A stretch of DNA of 64,000 nt from Deltaproteobacteria bacterium (GCA_037442505.1 JBBIPZ010000001.1:37229-101228); one strand, 5' to 3'; positions 20,266-30,217 are shown, counted from the stretch's first letter. Program-made: numbers and translations. The notes: generated by a model from the sequence alone, not told the origin.

Positions 20266-21909
20266 TTACATCCTTTCTGGACTTTCAATACCTAAAAGCA
20301 GCAACCCTTTTTTCACAGTTTTCTGAAGCAGTTTTAACAAGCTTAAACGGCTAATCGTTAGTTTCAAATCGTCCTCACAAATGAATCGGTGTGCATTATA
20401 GTAGCTATGAAACTGTTGGGCCATGTTTATCAGGTAATAAGCAATAATATGAGGTTCTAACTGCCTGGCAGCATCTAAAACCACTTCAGGGAAGCTCAAA
20501 ATTTGATCAATTAACGACTTTTCTTCATTTAAGACGAGAGACGAAAAATCCAGTTTAAAGTTTGATATATCAATATTTCGATCTTTTGCGACTTTAAAAA
20601 CACTGTTTATTCTGGCATACATATACTGAACATAAAAGACGGGATTATCACTTGTTTTTTGTTTTACCAGCTCGACATCAAAGTCAAGGGGAGAATCGTG
20701 GCGCCTTGTCAAAAACATAAACCGCATGGCGTCTTTACCGACCTCGTCAAGAACTTCCTTTAAGGTTACAAAATCGCCAGAGCGTTTTGACATGGTGAAT
20801 GGTTTTCCGTTCCTGAATAAACTTACCATCTGAACCATTAATACCTTTAGCCTCGTTTCATCGTAACCCATAGCCTTTATAGCAGATCTTATACGTGGAA
20901 CATAGCCGTGATGGTCTGCTCCCCAGATGTTTATGTACTCGTCGAAGTCCTGATCAAACTTGTGTTTGTGATAGGCGATATCAGACGCAAAGTATGTTGT
21001 TTCCTTATTTTCTTTTACTAAAACTCTATCTTTATCGTCGCCAAAATCAGTTGTTCTAAACCAGATAGCCCCATCTTTTTCATAAGACAATGTTTTTTCC
21101 TGTATAGCTTTTAAAGTTTTTTCTACAAAACCCGACTGAAAAAGAGATTTTTCAGAAAAATAACTATCAAACACAACTCCGAAGTCTTTTAAAACATTTT
21201 TAATATAATCAAGCAGTATAGACATTCCATAAGCACTTGCGTTTGCTATATTTTCATCATTTATACAATCAGTATTACCACTTTTTAGGTAGTTACTTGC
21301 CAGTTCGGTAACGTAATCACCCAGATAACATCCTTCAGGGAACTCCACAGTTTTGCCTTTTAGCTCTTTTGCACGAAGAAGAATAGATAAACCCAAGTTT
21401 TTTATCTGACTTCCAGCGTCGTTGACATAGAATTCCTGTTTCACTTCGTGCCCAACTTCTTTGAGAATTAATGTTAAAGACGAGCCTATACAGGCGCCTC
21501 TTCCATGTCCAACATGCAAAGGACCCGTTGGGTTGGCGCTTACATACTCTAATAGGATTTTCTTTTTTGAAGATTCCTTTGGTGAAAGAAAAGTCTCAAA
21601 ATTTTCAGAAATCTTATATAACAGGTTTAGCAACTCATTTTGATTTATAAAAAAATTAATAAAACCTGCCCCAGCAATCTCTATCTTTTCAAATAGTGGA
21701 TGATTAAAGTTAGAAACAAAAACATTTGCAATATCTCTTGGATTTTTCTTAAGCAGTTTGGCGGTAATTAGTGCCAGATTTGTAGAATAGTCTCCGTAGC
21801 TTTTATTTTTCGGTTTTTCTATTTCATAATAAGGCAGCTCATTAATGTTAAGTGTTTCTTTTATTTCTGAAAATCGTTGAGAAATAATCTGTTTTACAAT
21901 ACCTTTCAC
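20266..21909 (-). CDS. argS: arginine--tRNA ligase
   Basis: 547 aa with class I HIGH-like region (SANPTGPLHVGHGRGA) and ArgRS anticodon-binding C-terminus. Confidence 0.95.
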   Translation of the reverse strand: MKGIVKQIISQRFSEIKETLNINELPYYEIEKPKNKSYGDYSTNLALITAKLLKKNPRDIANVFVSNFNHPLFEKIEIAGAGFINFFINQNELLNLLYKISENFETFLSPKESSKKKILLEYVSANPTGPLHVGHGRGACIGSSLTLILKEVGHEVKQEFYVNDAGSQIKNLGLSILLRAKELKGKTVEFPEGCYLGDYVTELASNYLKSGNTDCINDENIANASAYGMSILLDYIKNVLKDFGVVFDSYFSEKSLFQSGFVEKTLKAIQEKTLSYEKDGAIWFRTTDFGDDKDRVLVKENKETTYFASDIAYHKHKFDQDFDEYINIWGADHHGYVPRIRSAIKAMGYDETRLKVLMVQMVSLFRNGKPFTMSKRSGDFVTLKEVLDEVGKDAMRFMFLTRRHDSPLDFDVELVKQKTSDNPVFYVQYMYARINSVFKVAKDRNIDISNFKLDFSSLVLNEEKSLIDQILSFPEVVLDAARQLEPHIIAYYLINMAQQFHSYYNAHRFICEDDLKLTISRLSLLKLLQKTVKKGLLLLGIESPERM

Positions 21910-21924
21910 TTCTGTGTACCCCTT

Positions 21925-22998
21925 TTAAAATGGAACAAAATTCATATCTGGAGTTATAGATAATAAAGCTTCTTTCAAAAGTTTGATTGTGTTTTCAAGG
22001 TCTTTTTCTGCCAGAACTTCCACAGGTGTATGCATATAACGTAATGGCACGCTTACAAGTCCTGTTGCCACTCCGCCTTTAGTCAACTGCATTACGTTAG
22101 CATCGGTGCCAGTTCCTCTTGGAGCGCCCTCAATCTGATAAGGGATTTTTCCTTTTTTTGCGGTCCTGATAAGCAAGTCAAAGATGTGAGGATTGATATT
22201 AGGACCTCTTGATATTATAGGCCCTTCGCCCAATTTACTTTCTCCAACAATTTTGCAGTCAACTGAGGGAAAGTCTGTAGCAAATCCTACATCAACAGCA
22301 ATACCAACCTTTGGGTTAATATTGTATGCAGAAACAGTCGCACCTCTTAAACCAATCTCTTCCTGAACAGATGCGACTCCGTAAATGTTAACAGATGGTC
22401 TTTTCTTTTCCAGTGAAATCAGGCGAAGCATTTCCGCAACGCAGAATGCTCCCATCCTGTCGTCAAAACCCCTACCGACCAGTAACCCATTTAGTAATCT
22501 ATCAAGCCCCCATTCCACAGTTATGCAGTCACCAATATTGACATGCTTTAGAGCCTCTTTTTTATCTTTTGCTCCGATATCAATGAACAACTCGTGTATT
22601 TTAGATACTTTTTCCCTTTCCGCTGCTTCCATAAGGTGAATTGGTTTTTGTCCAATAACACCCTTAAGCTTTCCCTTTTCAGTGTGTATAATCACTCTCA
22701 AGCCTAACAATAGCCTTGTATCAACACCACCGATAGCAGAAAAGTAAATAAAACCTCTATCATCAACATACTTAACCATCAGTCCTATTTCATCTATATG
22801 GCCTGATATCATTACGTTAAAATCGGTTTTCTTTTCAGCCTTTATAACTGCAATGACGTTGCCCATTGTATCTACACAAACCTCGTCGCAAAATTTTGAA
22901 ACATAGTTTTTAAAAAGCTTTGAGGCGTTCTCTTCAAAGCCTGATGGGCTTGGAAGAGCTATCAGATTTTCAAAAAAATGATACGACTCTTTTCTCAT
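21925..22998 (-). CDS. M42 family glutamyl aminopeptidase / cellulase-like (FrvX/YsdC)
   Basis: 357 aa with M42 motifs (MISGHIDEIG, VQEEIGLRGA). Confidence 0.85.
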   Translation of the reverse strand: MRKESYHFFENLIALPSPSGFEENASKLFKNYVSKFCDEVCVDTMGNVIAVIKAEKKTDFNVMISGHIDEIGLMVKYVDDRGFIYFSAIGGVDTRLLLGLRVIIHTEKGKLKGVIGQKPIHLMEAAEREKVSKIHELFIDIGAKDKKEALKHVNIGDCITVEWGLDRLLNGLLVGRGFDDRMGAFCVAEMLRLISLEKKRPSVNIYGVASVQEEIGLRGATVSAYNINPKVGIAVDVGFATDFPSVDCKIVGESKLGEGPIISRGPNINPHIFDLLIRTAKKGKIPYQIEGAPRGTGTDANVMQLTKGGVATGLVSVPLRYMHTPVEVLAEKDLENTIKLLKEALLSITPDMNFVPF

Positions 22999-24008
22999 GC
23001 GTCCCCCTTCTTTTTCTTCTTTTTTTGGTATAGATAAACGGCTTTGTTATGTGCCTTTAGGTTGTTTGTAAACACATGTGTACCATCATTTTTTGAGACA
23101 AAGTAGATATAATCAACCTTTGCAGGATTTAAGACACTTAAAATAGCCTCTTTTGACGGGTTGGCTATAGGTGTAGGTGGAAGTCCGAATTTTACGTAGG
23201 TGTTGTAAGGGTTTTTTGATAATAAGTCAGCCTTTGTAATGTTACCATCAAATCTTTTTATTCCATAGATGACAGTAGGGTCACACTGCAGCTTCATATT
23301 CAACTTTAATCTGTTGGTAAAAACAGCAGCAATTAAAGGTAGTTCTTCTTTAACCTTTGCCTCTTTTTCGACAAGAGAAGCTAAAGTTAAAATCCTGTGT
23401 ATATCATGATGTTTATCATTTAGAGATATTTTTATTTCTTTGTATAAAACATCAAAAGTTTTCTGAACCATTTCCTTAATCATATCCTCTTCTTTTGTAA
23501 GAGGGGCGAAGAAATAAGTTGCCGGAAAAAGGTATCCCTCAAGGACAGGAACATTCAGCCCCAACTCTTTAATAAATTTTTTGTCTTTGGCAAGTGCTAC
23601 AAAACGTTGTTTACTACCCATTTTTTGATTTTCTATGACTTCACCTATCTGGTAAATGTTATAGCCTTCCGGGATTGTAATTTTGTAACGTTCAACTTCA
23701 CCTTTTATGAACTTGTTCCAGATTGTTTCTGGGGTGTCGGTTTTTTTTAAAAGATAGTATCCATGCAGTATTGACCTTTCGCCGCCTTTTAGCTTGACCA
23801 TTAGCTTAAAAAGATAGCGATTATTTAATAACCCTTTATCCACAAGATTATTTACGATAGTGTTAACGTTTTCTCCCTTTTTTACCAGAAAGAGTGTCTC
23901 ATTGGCTACATTAATCGGTGAATTTAAAAAGGTATAGTAATAATATCCAACAACAATAATGAAAATTGAAACCGAAAAAATAATTGCTTTAAAAGCCTTT
24001 TTTAACAT
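22995..24008 (-). CDS. mltG: endolytic murein transglycosylase MltG (YceG family)
   Basis: 337 aa with an N-terminal TM segment and a YceG-like domain (LQCDPTVIYG). Directly downstream of ruvX, as in Bacillus yrrK-yrrL. Confidence 0.85.
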   Translation of the reverse strand: MLKKAFKAIIFSVSIFIIVVGYYYYTFLNSPINVANETLFLVKKGENVNTIVNNLVDKGLLNNRYLFKLMVKLKGGERSILHGYYLLKKTDTPETIWNKFIKGEVERYKITIPEGYNIYQIGEVIENQKMGSKQRFVALAKDKKFIKELGLNVPVLEGYLFPATYFFAPLTKEEDMIKEMVQKTFDVLYKEIKISLNDKHHDIHRILTLASLVEKEAKVKEELPLIAAVFTNRLKLNMKLQCDPTVIYGIKRFDGNITKADLLSKNPYNTYVKFGLPPTPIANPSKEAILSVLNPAKVDYIYFVSKNDGTHVFTNNLKAHNKAVYLYQKKKKKKGDA

Positions 24009-24431
24009 TTAGTCCTTTCTCTGTAAAAAGTCGTGTAAAATTATAGAAGCCGCAATTTTATCAATAACATTTTTTCTTTTTTCCCTTCTAACCCCGCCAA
24101 GTATAAGTGCTTCCTCAGCAATAAAAGAAGTCATCGTTTCGTCAATAAAAACGACCTCAACATTTATTGATGAGGCGAGTAACTGTCCAAACATCTGCGC
24201 CTTTTCTCCCATTTTTGTTATACTGTTGTCATTGCCATAAGGAATGCCAACAACTATAATTGAAACATTATATTCTCGCACAATATTTGCAATTTTTTCA
24301 ACGTCCTTTTTATTTCCTTCACGCTTTAATACCGTTAAAGGTTGTGCAATCTCAGCATTAATATCGCTTATCGCTATTCCAATCCTTTTTGTTCCAAAAT
24401 CGATTGCTAAAACTCGTCCTTTTTTTTCCAT
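24009..24431 (-). CDS. ruvX: Holliday junction resolvase-like RuvX/YqgF
   Basis: Start taken at the internal ATG (MEKKGRVLAIDFGTKRIGIAISD), giving 140 aa. The 119-codon upstream extension in the ORF track is antisense to the HEAT-repeat gene. Confidence 0.85.
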   Translation of the reverse strand: MEKKGRVLAIDFGTKRIGIAISDINAEIAQPLTVLKREGNKKDVEKIANIVREYNVSIIVVGIPYGNDNSITKMGEKAQMFGQLLASSINVEVVFIDETMTSFIAEEALILGGVRREKRKNVIDKIAASIILHDFLQRKD

Positions 24432-24450
24432 TTGACTGTTTTTAAAATTT

Positions 24451-25041
24451 TTGATAGCTTCATTATACATGATACCAGACATCATTAAAAAGATAAAACC
24501 GTTCCTCGTATCCCAAAATAAACTGCTTGCGAAGAAGGCTGCGAATGCAATTACATCCTTGCAGGCAAAGCAATACTTTAATGCCTCTAATGAAAAATAT
24601 GACACCTTATCTGAAGAGGCTAAAACTAAGCTTTTTTCAGCGTTAAATGGCATTTCAGCAAAGTCTTGTTTTGAGTTTATTTTAAAAGGGATTGCTGATA
24701 AATCCTCTGTTATAAGGGCAGTAGCCGTTAAAGCAGCCATTGATTTGAGAGACCCAAGATTAATTGAAAAGATAATACCGCTTATCAAAGACGAGGATGC
24801 TGTTGTAAGGAAATTTTGTTATCAATTCCTGGCTCTTTTTCCTATACCCAAAATTGCAGAAGAGTTGAATTCAAAAATAAGTGAGGAAAAAGATGAAGAT
24901 GCCCTGATAGTCTTGCTAGAGGCTGTTGGAGAGGTTGGTTCTCCTGCCTCTTTACCAACACTGATTAAGATGTTGGAAGAGCTCCACACTGACAGAGTTA
25001 TAGCCGCTATAGTTGAAGCAATAGGTAAGCTTAAGATTTAA
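24451..25041 (+). CDS. HEAT/PBS-lyase-like repeat protein (196 aa)
   Basis: Repeated ...VR..A..A...L.DP... units (SSVIRAVAVKAAIDLRDPRLIEKIIPLIKDEDAVVRKF). Its stop overlaps the HD-GYP stop convergently by 4 nt. Start may be a few codons downstream. Confidence 0.6.
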   Translation: MIASLYMIPDIIKKIKPFLVSQNKLLAKKAANAITSLQAKQYFNASNEKYDTLSEEAKTKLFSALNGISAKSCFEFILKGIADKSSVIRAVAVKAAIDLRDPRLIEKIIPLIKDEDAVVRKFCYQFLALFPIPKIAEELNSKISEEKDEDALIVLLEAVGEVGSPASLPTLIKMLEELHTDRVIAAIVEAIGKLKI

Positions 25042-26369
25042 ATCCCGATATAGTCACTTAAATTAACATCATGCCACGTGGGATTGACTGTCCCAACTAT
25101 AGAAATTGTCGCACCTGTTTCTGGATCCTTGGGATTTTCGGAAAGATCAAATATTTTTACCTCTGTTATTTTGTTGCCAAATACATCAAACACAATCCTT
25201 ACTATTGGCTGGTCAGGGGTGTTTGGATTTGGACGGGATACTATTGCGGTTTCGCCTGTGCTTAATTTTACAAGAGTCCCTTGAGGATATATACCAAGCA
25301 TCTTTATGAAAGCTTTTAGATAGTTCGGTTCAAAGTTCATACCAGCCATCTTTGCCATAAACTCTAACGCCTCTCTTGGGTCGTGACAACGCTGATATAT
25401 TCTGTGTGTAGTCATAGCATCGTAACAGTCACAAATAGTGAGTATCAGACTTGCAGGATGAAGTTTATACTCTTTTCCAACTTCTGGATAGCCCGTAAGG
25501 TTATATTTCATATGGTGTTCTAATGCCACTTTATATACAACTTCTGATAGCCCTTCCATATGTTTAAGTGTATCATATCCCGTAATGGGATGTTGCTTCA
25601 TCTGCTCCCATTCTTCTTCTGTTAGTTTGTCTGGCTTTAAAACAATTTTGGGATCGATTTTTACCTTCCCAATATCGTGAAGCATAGCTGCAGTCCCAAG
25701 CTCTCTCAAAAAGTCTGGGGTTAGTTTGAGTGTCTCCCCTAACGCCAAACTTAAAATGGTTACATTTACCGAGTGGTGGAAAAGATAGTCATCGTAACTT
25801 TTTATCAGTGTTAATGCTACCATTGTCTGTTTGTTTTGTAAAACTTGATCAACGATTTTGCCCACAACCTCTTTAACTTCGTCAGCTTTTGGAATCTTTC
25901 CCATTCTCACTTCAGCAATAACATTTTTTATTGCAGAGATAGCATCGTTATAAATCTTTTTTGCTATTTCTTTATCTTCTTTATCTATAGAGTGAAACTG
26001 AATATGTTGTGAGAACTCATCTTGTTTCAATACCTCAGGGTTTGTAGCCATTGTGACAATAAAATTTTCCCATTCCTGAAAATCTATGCCTTTGCTAATA
26101 ATAACGCCATCTTTACTTAGTTTTTTAAAAACATCCATTAATGCGTCCCACATAAACTCCTGCGGAACGGGTATGTTTTGTACCCAAAAAATATCCTCTA
26201 TTATGCCTAAATTTATCTCATCATTTTCTTTAAAGAACTCAGTGATAATATCAAAGCTGCGTTTAATTGGTTGAAAAACGTATGGATGTCCCTTAGGGTA
26301 AAATGTATAGTTTTTAATAGCAGAATTAATTTGTTGTAAGAACGCTTCGCATTGTTTAAGCTGTGGCAT
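25038..26369 (-). CDS. HD-GYP domain phosphodiesterase-like protein with an N-terminal domain of unknown function
   Basis: HD domain (MLHDIGKVKI, HHSVNV) and a variant GYP motif, EHHMKYNLTGYP. Start taken at M21 so it abuts the upstream gene; the ORF track starts 60 nt earlier. Confidence 0.8.
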   Translation of the reverse strand: MPQLKQCEAFLQQINSAIKNYTFYPKGHPYVFQPIKRSFDIITEFFKENDEINLGIIEDIFWVQNIPVPQEFMWDALMDVFKKLSKDGVIISKGIDFQEWENFIVTMATNPEVLKQDEFSQHIQFHSIDKEDKEIAKKIYNDAISAIKNVIAEVRMGKIPKADEVKEVVGKIVDQVLQNKQTMVALTLIKSYDDYLFHHSVNVTILSLALGETLKLTPDFLRELGTAAMLHDIGKVKIDPKIVLKPDKLTEEEWEQMKQHPITGYDTLKHMEGLSEVVYKVALEHHMKYNLTGYPEVGKEYKLHPASLILTICDCYDAMTTHRIYQRCHDPREALEFMAKMAGMNFEPNYLKAFIKMLGIYPQGTLVKLSTGETAIVSRPNPNTPDQPIVRIVFDVFGNKITEVKIFDLSENPKDPETGATISIVGTVNPTWHDVNLSDYIGI

Positions 26370-26370
26370 A

Positions 26371-27981
26371 CTACGCTCCTGCCTTAAACTTAACTTTTTG
26401 TAATGATTCAAATGCTGCGTCTCGAACATCCGGATCCGAATCTTTTAGTAACTGTTCAAGAATCGTTGCTGATTCAGCTGTTCTAATTTCTCCTAACCCG
26501 TTAATAGCAGCCACTCTCAGGATTTTATTTTCTGCCTTCTTAAAAAAACTCTTTTTTAAAGCATATTTTTTTAGTATCTGAAACACCTTTTGTGTTCCTA
26601 TCCTGCCGAGCGCAACGAGTGCTTCTTTTCTCATATTAATGTTTTTATCATTTTCGGCAATTTTTGCTATGTCTTCAATGGCATCAGCACTTCTCATTAT
26701 TCCCAGAGAGAAGATTATGAGCAGTTTTATATCATCACTTTCTTTAGACAGCATTTCTTTTAAAAATGGGAAAACCCTTGGACGCCTGATACGAGCAAGT
26801 GTTTTAATGACTTCTTTTCTAACCCTTGTATCAGGATGTTTGGCGATTTCAAACAACCTGTCAAGAGATTCCGATTTTGCAAATACTCCAAGTATTGTCA
26901 CCATATTTCTAACTACATACCAGCGGTCATCAGATAGATGATACATTACCCTATCAAATGCAACATCTCCTAACCTTGTTATCTCGTTTATAAGTAGCCT
27001 TCTTGTACGGATATCATTAGCATTTGTAAGCCTTTCAAGCATTGCTTCTACGGCAGGTTCTCCAACTGCTGAAAAGATTTTAATAAATTTTTCATTGGTC
27101 TGTTTGTTATCTGTATGTTGTAATAAAATATCTATCAGGATTTTTAATCTGGTTTCATTAATTGTGTTATATATAAATCTTTCAGACTCTCGACGGATGC
27201 CTTCGACGTTATTTTTGTCGTTTTTTGAAGCAACGATGAATGATAATAAATCTAAAACATACTGTGTATCATCTAACCAGCTGAAAACAGAAAGCAGATC
27301 GCCTGCTGCCTTCAAACCCTTAAGATACTTGCCGACATCTTTTTCTTCAACAGCTGTTTGTAACAAGTTAACCACATCGTTATATTGTTCATAAATGCTT
27401 TTTTGCTGTTTCTCATCAACCATTTCTTGATTTGATACCAAACCACCATCAATGCTTTGTTGAGTTATTTTGGTATCTATCGAAAAAGTCGTTTCTACTC
27501 CTCCATAAGTTCCATCAAAACTTTCTGTTTTAGGCTTTTGAGATTTTGACAAAAGTTTAGTTAAATGAACCTCTGATAAAGCAATATTTCTAATATTGCT
27601 TGTTTCGATAAGCGTTTCGAGCCCTCCTGCAGCGTAAAGAGTAGCGACTTCCATATTTAGCAACTTTAAAAAAGAAAGAAGTTCATCATAAGAAATACCC
27701 GCATGAAAAATTAGCTTATTAACACGTCGTAATGTAAGGGATTGTGCAAGATCCTTTAAAATTGGTTGTGTAGGATAGAACTTTTTCCCTTTTATAGTGA
27801 AACCATCTTTACCAAGCTCTATTACAAAATCACTCGTTTTAGCAAATTCATTAAGATCTTCAGACATTTTCTTTAAGGCGTTGATAAGTGTGGGATGGTT
27901 TTCCGGGTAGAAGCTGACCGCCTTAAAAAGCTTTGCTAAATCGAGGATTAAAACATCAATATCTTTCAAAATACCCCTCAA
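26371..27981 (-). CDS. HEAT-repeat protein (536 aa) with an N-terminal domain homologous to that of the adjacent HD-GYP protein
   Basis: C-terminal ~250 aa of PBS-lyase/HEAT-like repeats (DDRWYVVRNMVTILG, DTRVRKEVIKTLARI, DPDVRDAAFESL). The N-terminal FYPENHP...GISYDELLSFLKLL aligns with FYPKGHP...GIDFQEWENFIVTM in the neighbouring gene. Confidence 0.6.
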   Translation of the reverse strand: MRGILKDIDVLILDLAKLFKAVSFYPENHPTLINALKKMSEDLNEFAKTSDFVIELGKDGFTIKGKKFYPTQPILKDLAQSLTLRRVNKLIFHAGISYDELLSFLKLLNMEVATLYAAGGLETLIETSNIRNIALSEVHLTKLLSKSQKPKTESFDGTYGGVETTFSIDTKITQQSIDGGLVSNQEMVDEKQQKSIYEQYNDVVNLLQTAVEEKDVGKYLKGLKAAGDLLSVFSWLDDTQYVLDLLSFIVASKNDKNNVEGIRRESERFIYNTINETRLKILIDILLQHTDNKQTNEKFIKIFSAVGEPAVEAMLERLTNANDIRTRRLLINEITRLGDVAFDRVMYHLSDDRWYVVRNMVTILGVFAKSESLDRLFEIAKHPDTRVRKEVIKTLARIRRPRVFPFLKEMLSKESDDIKLLIIFSLGIMRSADAIEDIAKIAENDKNINMRKEALVALGRIGTQKVFQILKKYALKKSFFKKAENKILRVAAINGLGEIRTAESATILEQLLKDSDPDVRDAAFESLQKVKFKAGA

Positions 27982-28151
27982 TAATTTTAATTATCTGAAA
28001 TGTATCAAAAATTACCTTTCTAGTCAATGTTTATTGTCTCCTATTGTCACAAATTGAAAGATAAAACCGTAATAAAAACTCTCATAGCAACACAATTTCA
28101 TCAATCACTTTATTATAGCAATAACTCAAATAAAACTGCTAACATAATAAT

Positions 28152-28874
28152 ATGGACATACTAAAAAATCTTGGAATGATTCTTCTTTATCCAAAAAAGA
28201 CCGGGAATGTAGGCAGTGCTGCAAGGGTTATGAAAAACTTTGGGATAAATAACCTTTCTGTGATATCCAGACGAGATGTTCTAAATACTTTTCAGGCAAA
28301 AAAGATGGCTGTGCATGCGGATGATATATTGAAAAAGGCAAAAAGATTTCAAACTCTCAAAGAGGCTATATCTGGTTATAACATTATAGTTGGTACTACT
28401 GGTAAATTTCACAAAGATGCCCCAGAGCCTATAACTTTTAGTGACTTTAACAATATTCTTAGTTATGCTGAAAAAAACAAAATCGGTTTTCTATTCGGGC
28501 CTGAGGACAGAGGCCTTTCTGGCGAAGAACTTTCCCTCTGTAACTATACGTTAACGATTCCCACATCAAAACATTACCCATCTTTAAACCTCTCACAGGC
28601 AGTGGGCATAGTAGCATACGAATTATTTATAAGAACAAACACACCACCACCAGTTTCAACTAAAAAGCTGGCTAAAAGAGAAAGTTTTGAACTGATGTAT
28701 GAAAAGATGAAGCAGCTTTACTTGGAGATAGGGTTTCTTGACAAGATAAATCCTGAACGTATCATGAAGCTTATTAGAAACATTTACGATAGAGCATTTT
28801 TAGAAGAGAGAGAAATTAGGGTTCTTCTTGGTATAATTAAACAGACCAACTGGTATATTAAAAACAGGAAGTAG
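28152..28874 (+). CDS. SpoU/TrmH-family RNA 2'-O-methyltransferase (TrmJ-like)
   Basis: 240 aa. SPOUT motifs (LLYPKKTGNVGSAARVMKNFG, LFGPEDRGLS). Confidence 0.8.
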   Translation: MDILKNLGMILLYPKKTGNVGSAARVMKNFGINNLSVISRRDVLNTFQAKKMAVHADDILKKAKRFQTLKEAISGYNIIVGTTGKFHKDAPEPITFSDFNNILSYAEKNKIGFLFGPEDRGLSGEELSLCNYTLTIPTSKHYPSLNLSQAVGIVAYELFIRTNTPPPVSTKKLAKRESFELMYEKMKQLYLEIGFLDKINPERIMKLIRNIYDRAFLEEREIRVLLGIIKQTNWYIKNRK

Positions 28875-28896
28875 AGACATTTGAAAAATGTTTCTA

Positions 28897-29646
28897 TTAT
28901 TCTTTTAGCCGTACGAATACAGTAGTGATTCCAGTATCGTTTTGAAACTTTAGCTCAAATTTGTCCTGCAACGATTTTAAAAGTGATGACAACTGTTTGA
29001 AGCCGTAACTGCGTGGATCAAAACCTGGGTCTAATTGGTGTAAATAAAAACCAGTTGTAGCAAGGTTTGCCCATCCGTCTTCCTGCATTGCCATCTCAAT
29101 CGCCTTGGTTAAAAGAGGTATGGGATCTGATTTCTCTATATTTCTCTTTTTTTCGTTAACATTTTTTTGCTTTATCTTTCTCTCAGCAGTTTTTTCTTCA
29201 GATGAAAGATTTTCTGTATAGATAAACACGTTACATGCATTAACAAAGGCTTTTGGAGTAATGCTCTTTCCTATTCCCAGAACAAAAATACCTGACTCTC
29301 TTATTCTTGTGGCAAGCCTTGTGTAATCACTATCGCTCGAAACGATACAAAAACCGTCAACAAGCCCACTATGGAGAATATCCATCGCATCTATTATCAT
29401 TGCACTGTCTGTAGCGTTTTTACCTACAGTGTATCTAAACTGTTGAATTGGCTGAATAGCATAATTGTTGAGAGTATCTTTCCATCCCGACATATTTGCT
29501 TTTGTCCAGTCACCATAAATTCTTCTAATTGTGACAGAGCCATATTTGCCAGCTTCTGCCAATATCTGTGATATCAGCGAAGGCTGTGCATTATCTCCAT
29601 CTATTAGCAATGCAATACGTTTATGTTTATTGTCAATCTGTTCCAT
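28897..29646 (-). CDS. NYN (LabA-like) domain protein with C-terminal OST-HTH/LOTUS domain
   Basis: N-terminus IALLIDGDNAQ...RIYGDW is typical of PIN-like NYN domains. C-terminal ~70 aa resembles an OST-HTH domain (GWANLATTGFYLHQLDPGFDPRSYGFKQLSSLLKSL). Confidence 0.7.
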   Translation of the reverse strand: MEQIDNKHKRIALLIDGDNAQPSLISQILAEAGKYGSVTIRRIYGDWTKANMSGWKDTLNNYAIQPIQQFRYTVGKNATDSAMIIDAMDILHSGLVDGFCIVSSDSDYTRLATRIRESGIFVLGIGKSITPKAFVNACNVFIYTENLSSEEKTAERKIKQKNVNEKKRNIEKSDPIPLLTKAIEMAMQEDGWANLATTGFYLHQLDPGFDPRSYGFKQLSSLLKSLQDKFELKFQNDTGITTVFVRLKE

Positions 29647-29654
29647 ACATTAGC

Positions 29655-30215
29655 CTAAATCGTTAATAAAGTTACTATACCAGTTACAATCATAACAAAG
29701 CCAGCGATTTTTTTAAACGGTATATTTGGCAGCCATTTTTGCACATTAGAACCTAAAAAGACCGCTAATAATGTAGCAAGAAAAAGAGCCAGAAAACATC
29801 CCGAAAAAACATAACCAAACTGTTTAAATCTTGCCCCGAGAATTACAGAACAGATCTGCGTTTTGTCTCCAATCTCTCCAAGAAAAATAGATGTGAATGC
29901 TAAAATAAAACCACTTTTTTGGGATGCGAGGGGGTTGCCATCTTCTTTTTCGTTATCTTTTTTTAAAAACAAAAGGATGCCAAATGCGATGAATATTAAA
30001 CCTGAGCACAGTTTAATCAATAGAGGATTTAAAAAATGGGCGATTTTTTCTCCAATAAAAACGCCAGGTCCGTTTAATGTGGCAAATGCAAGAGAAGCGC
30101 CTAACAGTACTGGTATAGCACCATAACGCAGGCTGAGTGAGAAGACAAGAAATTGTGTTTTATCTCCAAGCTCTGCAGTGAAAATCATTAAAAAAGATGT
30201 GATAAAACTTTCCAT
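29655..30215 (-). CDS. UPF0016/GDT1 (TMEM165) family cation transporter
   Basis: 186 aa. Two E-x-G-D-K-T/S motifs (AELGDKTQ and GEIGDKTQ) in an internally duplicated membrane protein. Confidence 0.8.
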   Translation of the reverse strand: MESFITSFLMIFTAELGDKTQFLVFSLSLRYGAIPVLLGASLAFATLNGPGVFIGEKIAHFLNPLLIKLCSGLIFIAFGILLFLKKDNEKEDGNPLASQKSGFILAFTSIFLGEIGDKTQICSVILGARFKQFGYVFSGCFLALFLATLLAVFLGSNVQKWLPNIPFKKIAGFVMIVTGIVTLLTI

Positions 30216-30217
30216 CT

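Noticed and set aside
24432-24788. Long N-terminal extension of ruvX (ORF track 24009..24788, 259 aa)
   Set aside because: Only the C-terminal 140 aa match RuvX/YqgF (MEKKGRVLAIDFG...). The upstream 119 codons are exactly antisense to the HEAT-repeat gene on the + strand and are low-complexity, so the start was moved to 24431.
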